Shown: one piece after another, positions 25,501 to 37,500 of the stretch
How positions within the stretch are numbered: the stretch's first letter is position 1
Layout: each line of letters opens with the position of its first letter
Origin: Sphyrna mokarran
Lineage: Eukaryota
NCBI GenBank assembly: GCA_024679065.1
Contig: JAGIQG010000009.1
Coordinates: forward strand, 89,900,001-89,964,000
Length of the DNA: 64,000 nt
Direction: 5' to 3'
Made by a program: the position numbers and the translations under genes
Notes under the pieces: generated by a model
Told to the model about the DNA's origin: nothing
Database searches by the model: none
Seen by the model: the letters and a program-made list of their open reading frames with translations, nothing else

Positions 25501-28500
25501 TATCCATACTCTTCATAATCTTATATACCTCTATTAGATCTCCCCTCATTCTGTCTATCCAAAGACAAACAGCCCCAATTTGCCCAATCTTTCCTCATAA
25601 CCCAGTCCTTCCTACCAGGCAGCATCCTGGTAAACCTCCGCACTCTCTCCAGGGTCTCCACGTCCTTCCGGTAGTAAGGTGACCAGAACTGGACACTACT
25701 CCAAATGAGGTCTAACCACTGTTCTATACAACTGCAACATTAGATGCCAGCTCTTGAAATCTATACCTCTTCCTATAAAGGCTACTATACCATACACTTT
25801 CACAACCTTCTCACTTATACTGCCACATTCAGAGACTTGTTCACCTGCACCCCAAGGTCCTTCTGTTTCTATACTGAATAGGTCTACCCTTTACCACAAC
25901 TCCCCCTATATTATTTCTCCCAAAATGCATCACCTTGCATTCATCAGGATTAAATTCCATCAGCCATTTATCTGCCTAAGCTACCAGCCTATATATACCC
26001 TGCTGTATTGCCTGACACTGCACCTCACTATTTGCAAGTCCAGCCACCTTCATGTCATCTGAAAACTTGTTAATCACATACTCCTTCCAAGTCATTTATA
26101 TATTAAAAATAGAAGAGGTCCCAGTACTGAACCCTGCACCACATTAGTGACAGACCTCCAGTTAGAAAGATCTTTCCACTACTATCTTCTATTACCAAGC
26201 CAGTTATCAATCCATCTAGATACCTGTCCTTATATTCCATGAGTCTTAACCTTTTCCACAAACCTACCATGAGGGACTTGTCAAATGCCTTACTGAAATC
26301 CATAGACATTAACAGCTCATCCTTTGACTGTTTGTCACCTCAAAACATTCTACCAGATTTATAAGGCATGACCTCCCCTTAAAGCCATGCTGTGTATCCC
26401 TAATCAGATCACAATGCTCTAGATGTGTATACATAAAGAATCCTCTCCAACAACTTTCCTATCACTGTCAAACTCAGTTATAGTTACCAGGGTTATTCCT
26501 ACTACCCTTTTTAAATAGTACCATGTTTGCTATCCTCCAGTCCTGAGACCTCACCTGTGTCCAAAGAAAAAGATTTGCATCAGAGGCCCAGCAATTTCAC
26601 CTTGTCTCCCTAAGCAACCTAGAATAAATGCCATCAGACCACAGATTTCAGTTTTAATGCTACCTAAAAACCCAACACTCCCTCAGATATTCCTTCAACT
26701 GGTCTACAGCTCCCTCCAAGACAGTACTGGACATCAAACCCCTCTTAGGGAATACTGACAACATTCATTCAGGATCTTCCCCATTCTCAGACTGAGCATA
26801 GTTCTCCTCCTGTCCCCAAGAGGGATTTTTCCTCTAACCATCCTTTTGATCTCGAGTAAAATGTCTCTGCATTTCCTTAATCGTGTCCTCTTTTTGCCCT
26901 TCTAATTCCTTGTTTGAGCTCCCTTCTACTCTATATTCCTCCAATGCTCTCCCTGTTCCCAGTTGCTTAGACTTAACATATGCTTCTTCCTGAAGAAGTC
27001 CTCAATATCCTTATTAATTCACAACTCTAATTCTACCTTTCCTATCCTTCCTTTTAACAGGCACATGTCTTTTCTGCAACCTTTTCAGTTTTCCCTTGAA
27101 AGACTCCCACATGCCAAATGAGGACTTACCCTCAAACAACCTCTCCCAATTAGTATCCACAAGTTCCTGCCAAATCTGACTAGCTAGCCTTCACCCAATT
27201 TAGCACCCTCCCCTTAGGGCACCACTCATCTTTTTCCATTAGTATCCTAGAGTAGACAGAATTGTTAGCTACATGTTCACCTACTGCAACTTCAACCACC
27301 TGAGCTGGCTCATTACACAGAACTAAATCCAGTATAGCCCCCTCTCTAGTCAGGCCAGTTACATACTGGTCTAATGACCCTTCCAGTACACATTTTACAA
27401 ATTCCTTCCTGTCCAAACCCCCATTTCCAGTCCACCCCAGGAAGATTAAAATCTCCCACAACAGCCCTATTCTTTCTGCACCTAAAATGTCTTGCATACA
27501 CCTTCTTCCACTGTCTGTGGGTTGTGGCCTAATAGTACACCCTTAGCATAGTAATTGCTTCTTTCTATTCCTCAACTCCACCCACTGACTCAATTCCTAA
27601 CTCCTTTATTATCTTCCCTCTGCACTACTAATATGCTCCTAACAATGCCATGCCCCATCTCCTAATTCCCTACAGTAAGAACAAAAAATCCCACAAACTG
27701 GAAATAGAGAAAACAGAATGAAAATTCACTTAATTGACCACTCAACACAGCCACTAGCACTTCCAAGTGGATTGCTCCAGAGAACAATGGTAGATGTTTT
27801 GTGCTCAGACATCTGTTTATAGATCTATGCATTAGAAACAAATGAGACAATTTAGGGAGAATTTGTTTTGCCAATTAGCTTAAGAGCACATCCTTGGGAT
27901 GTGGGAGGAAACTTGAGCACCCAGAGAAAACCCACAAGCACAGGGAGAATGCACAAACCACCATAGACAGGTTCTTTGAACAGAATCTTACCTTTAGCAT
28001 TCCTCAGCTTCATAATCACTCCAGCCAGCAGGATGATCAGTCCAATTCCAAATCCCACAGCTCCAACAATAATCTTGTGTTTCTTTGATTCAGTTGTGCT
28101 CCCCACTTCTGTACAAGTGAAAAATTCAGGTGTTAGAACACCAGGTTGCTCTATTGAACTAGATAGCTTTGAGATAGAGCTTGAAGCATTAACATGTGAA
28201 AGGAGCAAGGAGAAAGCTTAAAAAGGTTCCAACTGATATGCTGCAGCACATTGGTATGCTGTGAAGGCCCCATAAGTGTGCCATAAAGTTAAAAATTAAC
28301 ATTAATGTTAATAAAATCTAATTTGTTTTCAGCTGTGGTTGGCATTTCCAAATCCTGCTGAACCTTGTCTCCCACATGTGCTGGTCAGAAATAGGCTACA
28401 CACTGTTTAGGGCCTAACTGACGTAAAAAGATCAGAAGCATGCCTGTGACTTTTCCAGCAGGCACATGCAGTTTGTGTTACAAACATTAAACATTGAGTA

Positions 28501-31500
28501 TCGAGTAGCCCTTGCCTGGCTGACATGCACAGGAGATCCCAGGTTCTTTGGGAATTGGAGATGCCAACCAATTGGAGAAGTCAAAGACAAAGACTTGCAC
28601 AAAAATGGAGGCAAAAGCTGGGCAGAAGTAAAATTCCCAGTAAGGGAAGACAGACCAAAAAGAGAAAGCTTAAGATTTTCTTGGTAAACTTCTTAAAACT
28701 AATGAATTGTATTGAAATGGTGGCATGTGTTTAGAAGTTTTAGGGATAAAAGGCTTGAGGGTAGTTCAGTTGGAGAAATTTAAAATACAAAGGTGTGCAG
28801 TGAGAAAGCAGGATAAATGATAGTCTATTGCAAATAAAGCAAGAAAACCAAGTTTGTCACATGGTTTCTAATATGTAGGATTCTTTCTACAAGATGTGAC
28901 ATCTATAAAAAAGGAGACTGCTTGAGCTAATGTTGAGTAAAGTCTGGTGTGAGTGTTAGCATCTGAAGACCACTATTGGACTTGCTCATCCTCCAGAAGA
29001 ATAATGTGCAGATTTGGGAAAGATGATACAACAGAAAAGACTAAGTGATTAGAAGCACACCAAAATTGAACAGGTAGAAAACCCAAAGATTAGGGTAAAA
29101 ATGGACAGACCACAGAACCCTTGACAAGGCTCCTCACTGGAGAAAATTTACAGCAAGGCACAGCAAATTACAAAGTGATGCCAGATAGTGGTTCCTCAGG
29201 GATCTGTGCTGAGGCTGTCCTTTGTTCACTGTTTACAGCAATAACTGCTAGAACTGGCAGATTAGCCTGAAATGTAAACTATTTCCCACCCCAGATTCTG
29301 ACACCTGCTCAGTGTTTAGAATTTTGCTTCATGTTGTACTACATAATGTTTCTTACCCAAATCTGTGTCCATGGGTTCATTCAGGCTGCTGTGTTCCACA
29401 CGACAGGTATATTTATCTCCAGACACAGGTTGATATTGGAGGAGATCCTGAACCTGATAGGTCCAGTCACCATCTGATAACAGGGCAGTGTTGATGACAC
29501 CATTAGGAACTGGCACTCCATTTTTCAACCATGTGACCTCAATCTCAGGAGGGTAAAATCCAGTAACATGACACAAGAGCAAGGCCAACTGTCCAGAATG
29601 TGGTGTTGTTTTAGGTTGGACAGTGACTGTTGGTTTGACTGGAATAGAAACAGAAGAATTAATTTCAAAATAAACATAGCATATGGTAGTAAGTCTGATT
29701 TTCCTCTAGCCTGATTGTAGAGTTTGGGAAGACCTTCTGTCAAGTCCTCTTCTACAAGTCCTGGCCTTCAATCAGGTAAGACTGGCAGGTCTTGCAAGTT
29801 GTGGATTTGGAAACATACATGGAGTGGGAACATCTTTACAAGTGGTGGCTTCAGTAAGATTCATGAAAGTGAAATGAGATGAGATACCAGGCCTCCTATT
29901 GGTCCATTTGTCATCATGCCAAATGGCTTGAACTGATTAAGAATCTGTGTAAACTGGAAATGGGACTAGGTGACACCTGAAACAGGTACCAAAGCATAAA
30001 TTTGATATTCAAGTAACTGGCTGCACCACAAAATATCAGTGGCTGGGCACTAGTTCATACTTTTCAGTAAAAGGTCAAATGTAATGATGCCTAATGGTAC
30101 ATTGAACTTGATCAATGTTTAAGGGGAAAAACATGAGTGACCAAGATCCTAGATTTAGGCAAGACTAACTTCAATTAGAGACAAACTGGGCAAGAGTAGG
30201 TCTGGAGAAGTGTTCAAAAAGGTAGATATAAAATCAGTATATGCCAAGAGGCAAGAGCTCTATTTGCCAAAGACAAGCATGGATAACACCACAAAACTAG
30301 TTTAAAAATACACAAAACACTGGATGCTGGAATTTGAAAACAATGCTGAAAATTCATCAGATCTGGCACAGGTGTGGCTATGTGTACCCACATGGGCCCC
30401 TATTATACCTGCCCTTTTGCTTGTGGAGCATTTATTCCAGTTCTACTCAGGCACACTAGTACAACTGCTTCATTTTCATCTGGACTTCAAAAAAATTTAA
30501 TTTTGCTTCCTCACTTTCATGTGGTCCATCTGACTTGCCTTCCTTAATTTCCAGTGAAATACTGACCACTGACTCCCACAGCCAACATGACTACAGCTCA
30601 TACTATTCCCATGTAACTGCAGAAGGTGAAACACCTGCCCTTTTGCCTCCTCAGCACTTAAGGATTTAACATTTGATTGAGCAACATTTTACTTGCACTT
30701 TCTACAATTTAGTTGACAGTATTTGGTGTTCCCAATGTGGGAGCTACACTGGGGAGACTAAACAGATGGAACTGCTCAGTCTATAACCTTCCTGTTGTTT
30801 GTCATTTTAACTCTGCCTCTTACCTCATGCAGACATGTCTGTTCTTGGCCTATGTTCCAGTGAAGCCTGGAACAAGCTGGGAAAGCAGCAACTCTGCTTT
30901 TAGTTGGGCACTGCAGCCTTGGAGCTTACATTTGAGATGGACTTCAGTTTTAAAATCCTTAAATCTCATGTCTCCCCCAGCCATCTGTCTTTTGTTCTCA
31001 AGTTGCTAATTTGCTGCCATGTCTTATAACTCTCCCCTCTAGTTCTGGTGAAGGGCTGAAAGTCTCTCCAAATGTTGCTAAGTGTTGAGTTTAGTTTAAA
31101 AGCAAAGTAGCCAAGAGCATAAAGAAACATCAAAATTCAAGTGTTTCCAATTGGAACTACCCATGTCTAATATGGAAACAGAGGTACCCCTGTGCCCAAA
31201 AAGCTGGACAAATCCAACCCATTACTGCCCATTCTGTATTATTGGGAAAATAGAAAGTATTGTCAACAAGCACTTATCTCAACAATAATCTGCTCACTGC
31301 ACCCAGTTTGGGTTCTGAGGGGGAAGGAAGGCAAGACAGACTGCTTTTGGTAGAATTGGTTTATTGTATCTAAACCTCATTTTTCATCTGTGGGCAAAAT
31401 CATTGTGCACTAGATTAGCACAAAACATGCAGTGCACAATTACACATTAGAAATATGATTTATACTACCAAGGACTAAACTGGAAGCTCAACTGGCAGAC

Positions 31501-34500
31501 ATCTGATAAGCTGACTATAAAATAGCAGAAAAGCAGCCAATCTTTTCACATCAAATGAAATCCTCAGAAAGATCACTCATATCAGATAAGACAATTTTGC
31601 CAGTGACATACAAAGAGGAATCTTGCCCATTTGAACACTGGTTCTGTCCAAACTGAAACATGCCAGATCTACATGAGAAAACTGTTTAAGTACCAGATTC
31701 TCTGCATCAGTGTCTCCTCTATGTTTGCCTAAGAACTATAAATAAAATTTCCATGAAATTCATTGGCACTTTGGAACACAATGAGGACAAGGTGCTATAT
31801 AAGGTTTTATGATTATCATCATCTTTGAGTAAGATGGTGACAGCTGGTAACTAAGGTCTGCCTGCCAATTAGAAATTGGAAACTCAAGTCTTAGTGCTCA
31901 TCTACATCTGTCATAGTAAGTCTCAACACCAGGTTAAATTGGTATCATGAGCTTTCAGAGTGCTGCCCATCAGGTGAATCAACATCTGTTTTATCATTCA
32001 AGCTCAAAGTCCTGGTGCACTTTGCTACCCTGATGCATGAGGTACAATTTCAGAACCAAACCTCATTCTACAGTTATATGTGAAAGATTAAACCACTGGA
32101 AATAGTTCACTGGGAAATGCAGATATTTGATAGTGGTTTCACATTTAAATGGACATTATGGGTCATGTCTACTGAGTCTTATTACCCAATTCTTTGGATC
32201 AATTTGGTTTTACAGGATATGATAAACAGTCAGGTCAATCCATAGTCACAAAATCACAAGATTGGTATCAAGATTTAACATGATTGCTGCATTGAGACTG
32301 GGTCAGTTATTCTGAAAATGCAGGAAGTGTCCTTCAGTGTCAGTTGAACAGCTGATTGGAACACCTCAGACCCTGGTGAGTTTCAAAAAACCACCTTCAT
32401 ATGAATCATACCAAGCTACTTGTTTGAATCCCACTTTAGCACTGCAGTGGGAAACAACTGATTTTCCTGCTGGTGGCAGCAGCACTCAAGTCTTTGGGAT
32501 AATTGCAGTGAAAACACTGGTGGAAGTGTCTTAAGATGGGTGAACTGCCAGTCTCTTGGGTGTGCACAGCAATCTTCCTACAGTGCTGAGGTTTACACTA
32601 TTATGGGGGCTTCAGGAACCTGACTCACCCAAAGTGGCTGCAGCTATGCACTGTTAAGCAGAGCAAACTGCATTTGAACACAAGTCACACCAGGAAGACA
32701 CCATGTACAGCAGCTCCACAGTTCACCAAGAGTTGGGATGGCTACTGGATGCAGTGGAGGGTTCTTCCCAAGATGGTTGGCAAGCTGGGATCAGGCTGAC
32801 AATACACCTGGGAAGCTGGGCAGTGGCTGCCTGTGCACTGACAAAGAATCAATGCTGCAGGAAAATAAATGACTGTTCAGGCAGATGTCCATCTTATCCT
32901 GGCTGGAATATGTATGTTGATCCACCCCCACTGCTCTGCAGTCTCCCACACCCAACACCTTCCTTCAATCCCTTGGGCAAACCCCCTGCAGAGACAGTAC
33001 TGACATGTCAGCTGACTGTATTCACCCCAATATCCCACACTAGCAGCCATCAGGTTTTTAATTCTCCCTTCTGTTCCTGCAGAAGATGGCCCACAACAGG
33101 GGAGGAGCAGGAGAAAAGTGGGGTCCCAGAGCTACAGGAGTAACAGGAGAATGGTTATGGGTTGACATGCAAAGTGTTGAGCCATAAAATCTTCACTAAT
33201 GACCTTCAAGTCAACTGCCAATACTTTTCCCTTCCATTGAAGTACATCTTATACAGGAGGAAACCTTGAGGCCAGGCTGTCAGGAATCACCCCACCCACT
33301 GACCCCTGTGGGGATCAGTTACATCTGTCAAGACAACCTGACCAAGGATAGGCATCACCTGCACCATCCACCAGCACACAGATAGTTACCTCAGTGAAAT
33401 GTTAGGAGTCAGGATTCTGGGGAAACTTTCAGGTGAGCACCATCCAGCTGCTAATGCTCATCAGGTGGAAGCTGAGGACAGACATGGAGATCTGCCAGAG
33501 CCCCAGCCAGTGCTAGGCCTCTGGGATTTGTTATCCTGAAGCTGCTGGAATAGAGGGATTGCCAAGAGGGGCTGTCAGCAACATTGCAGCAACTGCTAGA
33601 TTGAGTTCCACAGCCTTCAGTAACAGGTGGTGCCAGCACAGCAGAACACTGAGGTCAATGCTGCAAGGGTGGCACCTGGAGTGGAAAACATGGCAAGAAA
33701 TAGCCAAGTCACCAAGGATCTAGGAGCATGCTCAAGTCAGATGATAATGACTACAGGCTTTGCTTAGTCTGAGGGCACTTGAGTGGCTTCAGAGCTGGGC
33801 CCAGATTTAGAGACCATCATTGAGGGCTTAGATACCATGGGCAGATGTAGTTGGGTCTCCAAGACAGAATCAGGTGATTGAGGCCTCTAGAGCTCATTCC
33901 AGCTGCCCCTTGGTTCTATGCAGGGTACCAGGAGCACTACAGGATGAAGGACTGGAGCCAATGCCAGGGCTTTCCATCCAAGCCATTTCAGCCTTTCCAA
34001 ATACCCATTTCCTACACTGGTGAAGCTCATGGGCAGCATGCTGATCAGGATGGTACAGCTACATCTGTGACACTGGCAAGTTGGCTGCAGTCCATCAAGT
34101 GGTGCCTCCTCAAGGGAAAGCCCAAAGGCATCATAACAAATAGGAGCAGGAGTAGGCCATCCAGACCCTCAAGCCTGCCCCACCATTCAATAAGATCATG
34201 GCGGATCTGCAGTGGTTCAGTACCACTTTCTCCCTGTAACCCTTAATTCCCTTGTCAATCAAAAAAGTCATGGGGTGCACAACACAGCTGACCACCTGAT
34301 TTACATTCTAGGAAGTCACCTAGATGTAGTAGGCCATGCTTAATTGAAAAGTTGTAAGATTGCCAAGAGGGCAGTCACTGTAGTTAGGATAGTATGCACT
34401 TTAAATCACTTAAATATTCTTGCACCCTACAGTTACTGTCTGTAATCCATCTCACTGGGTAGTCAGTTCAAGAATCCCTGCAAGACACCACCTTGCTGAC

Positions 34501-37500
34501 TGCCAGAATGGTCCTTCAGCCCACCAACTCTGCACTGACCATACCCACACCAGCTATGCAGTTCCCAGTGCATGCATTGTGCCAGATGGCTGGTGGTATT
34601 TCAAGTGCTCATCCAAAAAATAGTATTAGGGATACAAGGTCACTGTCCCAATGCTGATGCAGGATTCTGGTCTAAGCTCCACTGCCCCATTCCCTGCCAG
34701 CATCCGGAGTTTGTAATCCCAGACTGCCTAGTGTAGCATTCTCAGTGATTGGAACCTAGACCTGTTACACCAACCCCCAAGTTACAGGGCCCCACATTGA
34801 GGCCTGGGGTTCTAGTCAGTGGACCTGGGCACCAGTGTGGAAGTCAGAAATAGGAGTCAGACTTGTACCAGAGTAGCATCAATGTACAGTGAGTGGTGTG
34901 ACCCCACACCTATTTAAGGGCCTTTGTCATCCTGCCTGCTCCATTTTTGGCTTCCTTGGCCTCCACATTCTCCTGCCCTGCCCTTCTCAAGAGGTGATGT
35001 TTGGTTATCCTCCTAGAAGTCTCCTTGCTGCTGTGCCAGGTTGTGGCATTCAGCAGACCATGATGCAGGAGATCCTGGGGACTGTACTGGAGGGTACTAC
35101 CAGAGCAGCCTAGACAGCAGAATAGCAGCTTGTTATTGGGAGTTATGACATTGAAGAGGAAAGGACCTTTGTCCTGGACTGCTTTCTAATCCCCACTACC
35201 AAAAGATTTCACAGCTTTTGTAGTATGCTACAGCAACCACTTCAGCTTCAATTTTCCTAACACATCCCTGGTAATACATGACCTGATATTGACTATGAAA
35301 TAATGAGACTATAAAAGCAGTTCCCTGGAAATCTGCTAGTTTTGATGGTCAAGTATTCAGAATCCCAACACTGCAGAAGTTGACCCATCAACTCTGAACT
35401 GACTGAAAGCCTGCCCAATTCCCATAACCCTGCAGATTTACCATGGCTAATCCACCTAACATACATATTTTTGTACTATGGGAGGAAACTGGAGCAAACC
35501 CCACACATGGGGAGAACTCTACACTTTCATCCAAGGCCAGAATCAAACCTGGGTCCCAGGCATTGAGGTAAAAGTGCTAACCACTGTAGCAAAGCTCATC
35601 TCTGCTTCACATTCCTCATATACAACTGGAACAAGGAGCCCAAATAACCATCAGTTCCAGAATTGAGACTGTGCACTGGTGCTGTTCATATTCCTCATGT
35701 GGCCCTAATGGGACTGGTGTCTCCTGAAACAGTCTGACAGGAGCCAGTGCCTCAAGGCACAGGACTACACTGAAGATGGAGTGAGACTATTTGGGTAAGA
35801 GTTTACTGAGCATTCCTCCCACACAGCTGTACCTGCCTCTGCTTACAGAGAAATGCCAGTTATTCCTGGAAAGAAACTCAGGCTTCAGGTATTCTTCACC
35901 GTGTTGTATTTTTAACCTCACTGACTAGAGGAAAACCCTCAGCAGGAGGGGGGAGTAGAATTGCTGCCATTCTGTGTCCAGATGTGTTAAGGGGGGGAGG
36001 AGGGTGGGTGATTTTGCCCAGAGCGGGATTCAGGAAGCTCAGCCCCTCAGAGACAGGGAGCTCCCAGAGAGAGAGTCCCGGGGACTCAGCAGCTCCGGGC
36101 ACAGGACGATCCCAGTACAGGCCGCTGGTGACATTTAATCCCCCCCCCCCCGGGGCTCTCACCTCTCCGGGACAGAACACTTTCGTCGATGGGAACGTTG
36201 GTTTCACACACGGTGATGCCCTCCTGGTACCGCGCTTCCGCCCGATCATTCCATGTCTTCACATTCCCCTCCATCCCGCTCTTCACCGCGATGTACTTCC
36301 TCTGGTTAAAGTCGAAATACGCGACCAGCTCTTGATCATAGACATACTCCTCAATATAGGTCCAGCTCCTGGTGTCGTTAAAATCACATCCGTGAATGTA
36401 GTTAAAGACATGAGCCCCTGTGAGAGAGAGACTGAGTTACTGTCTGACAGAGAGAGAGAGAGCCCAGAGACCCGGGAAAGGGGGATCTTCCCCACCCACC
36501 CAGTCCCATCACAACATGGGGAAGGGGTGCAGCTCTCAGACCCCCCCAAACTCCGGGAAAACCCCACATTGTCTCAATAATCTCCAGGGAATCACACCCT
36601 GACCCTGTGTAGGGACAAAGATCTGGGCACGCGGTTAAAATCCAACAGGTTTAACTTGTGTTGATGTCTTATTGTATCCACCCCAATCCAACACCGACAC
36701 CTCCGCCTTGTGTAGAGAGGGTCAGGATAGCTGTGGGGTTACCCCTTACCCCAGAGATTCAACATACTGGAAGTTATCCCCAGGAATGGGATTAATAACC
36801 CATGGGAATTCAAAGTGACAGACACTAAACCAGCTGTTATTTCCCAAAGACAGGAAGATTGAAACTGATCCGAAGGCAGTCCCAATGAAGGCAGAGTGTT
36901 AGAGGATGGTGGTCAAAAAGATAAACTGTCCATAATTCCAGATAAACATATTGGCTCTCCCTTTAGGCTGCTGACACTGTCAGGAGGTGGTAGAGGACAC
37001 ACTCAGTTATGCTGGCATGGTCAGATAAGAGAAAGATGAGCACTAGTTCAGCACTCAACATGTGCAGAGACAAGGGGGGGGAAGAGATTAAATTTCTGAC
37101 TTGGATCATGGAAGTCTGCACATTCCATCCGCTCGAGTTTCCTCCCACAGGATGAAGGATGCATTCATTAGGGTTCTCAGTGTACTTGAACAGTGTGGCA
37201 ACCAGGGGGATTGATATTAAAAATAAAAATCAAGGGAGCAGGAACTGGATCTTGGATGAAACAAGCTCAGAGCAAAGAAGTGGTAGGATTAAAGATCAGA
37301 GCAAAAGAATGGGTGAGGAGCAGGAAAAAGTCACTGCTCAATATGGAGTTTCTGAACAGCAAGGAAAAACTAATGGAGACAGTGGCTAATGGAATTGTAT
37401 CTGCTGCTCAGCTGTAGCATAGGGCCCCAAAAGCAGTTAGAGTTTAAACCAATTCTACTGTAGAGAATTTGCAAAAATTGTTAAAATCTGAAACTAACCA

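Noticed and set aside
29357-36417. Possibility that the gene is MHC class I, DM-beta or W-category
   Set aside because: There is a single membrane-distal exon with the beta1 Cys pair, W61/N82, GDWTYQ in the Ig domain and a class II beta TM glycine pattern, and no tyrosine sorting motif in the spliced tail. A conventional class II beta fits best.
35984-36580. 198-aa + strand ORF antisense to exon 2
   Set aside because: Explained by GC richness and codon structure of the opposite-strand exon; no recognisable domain.
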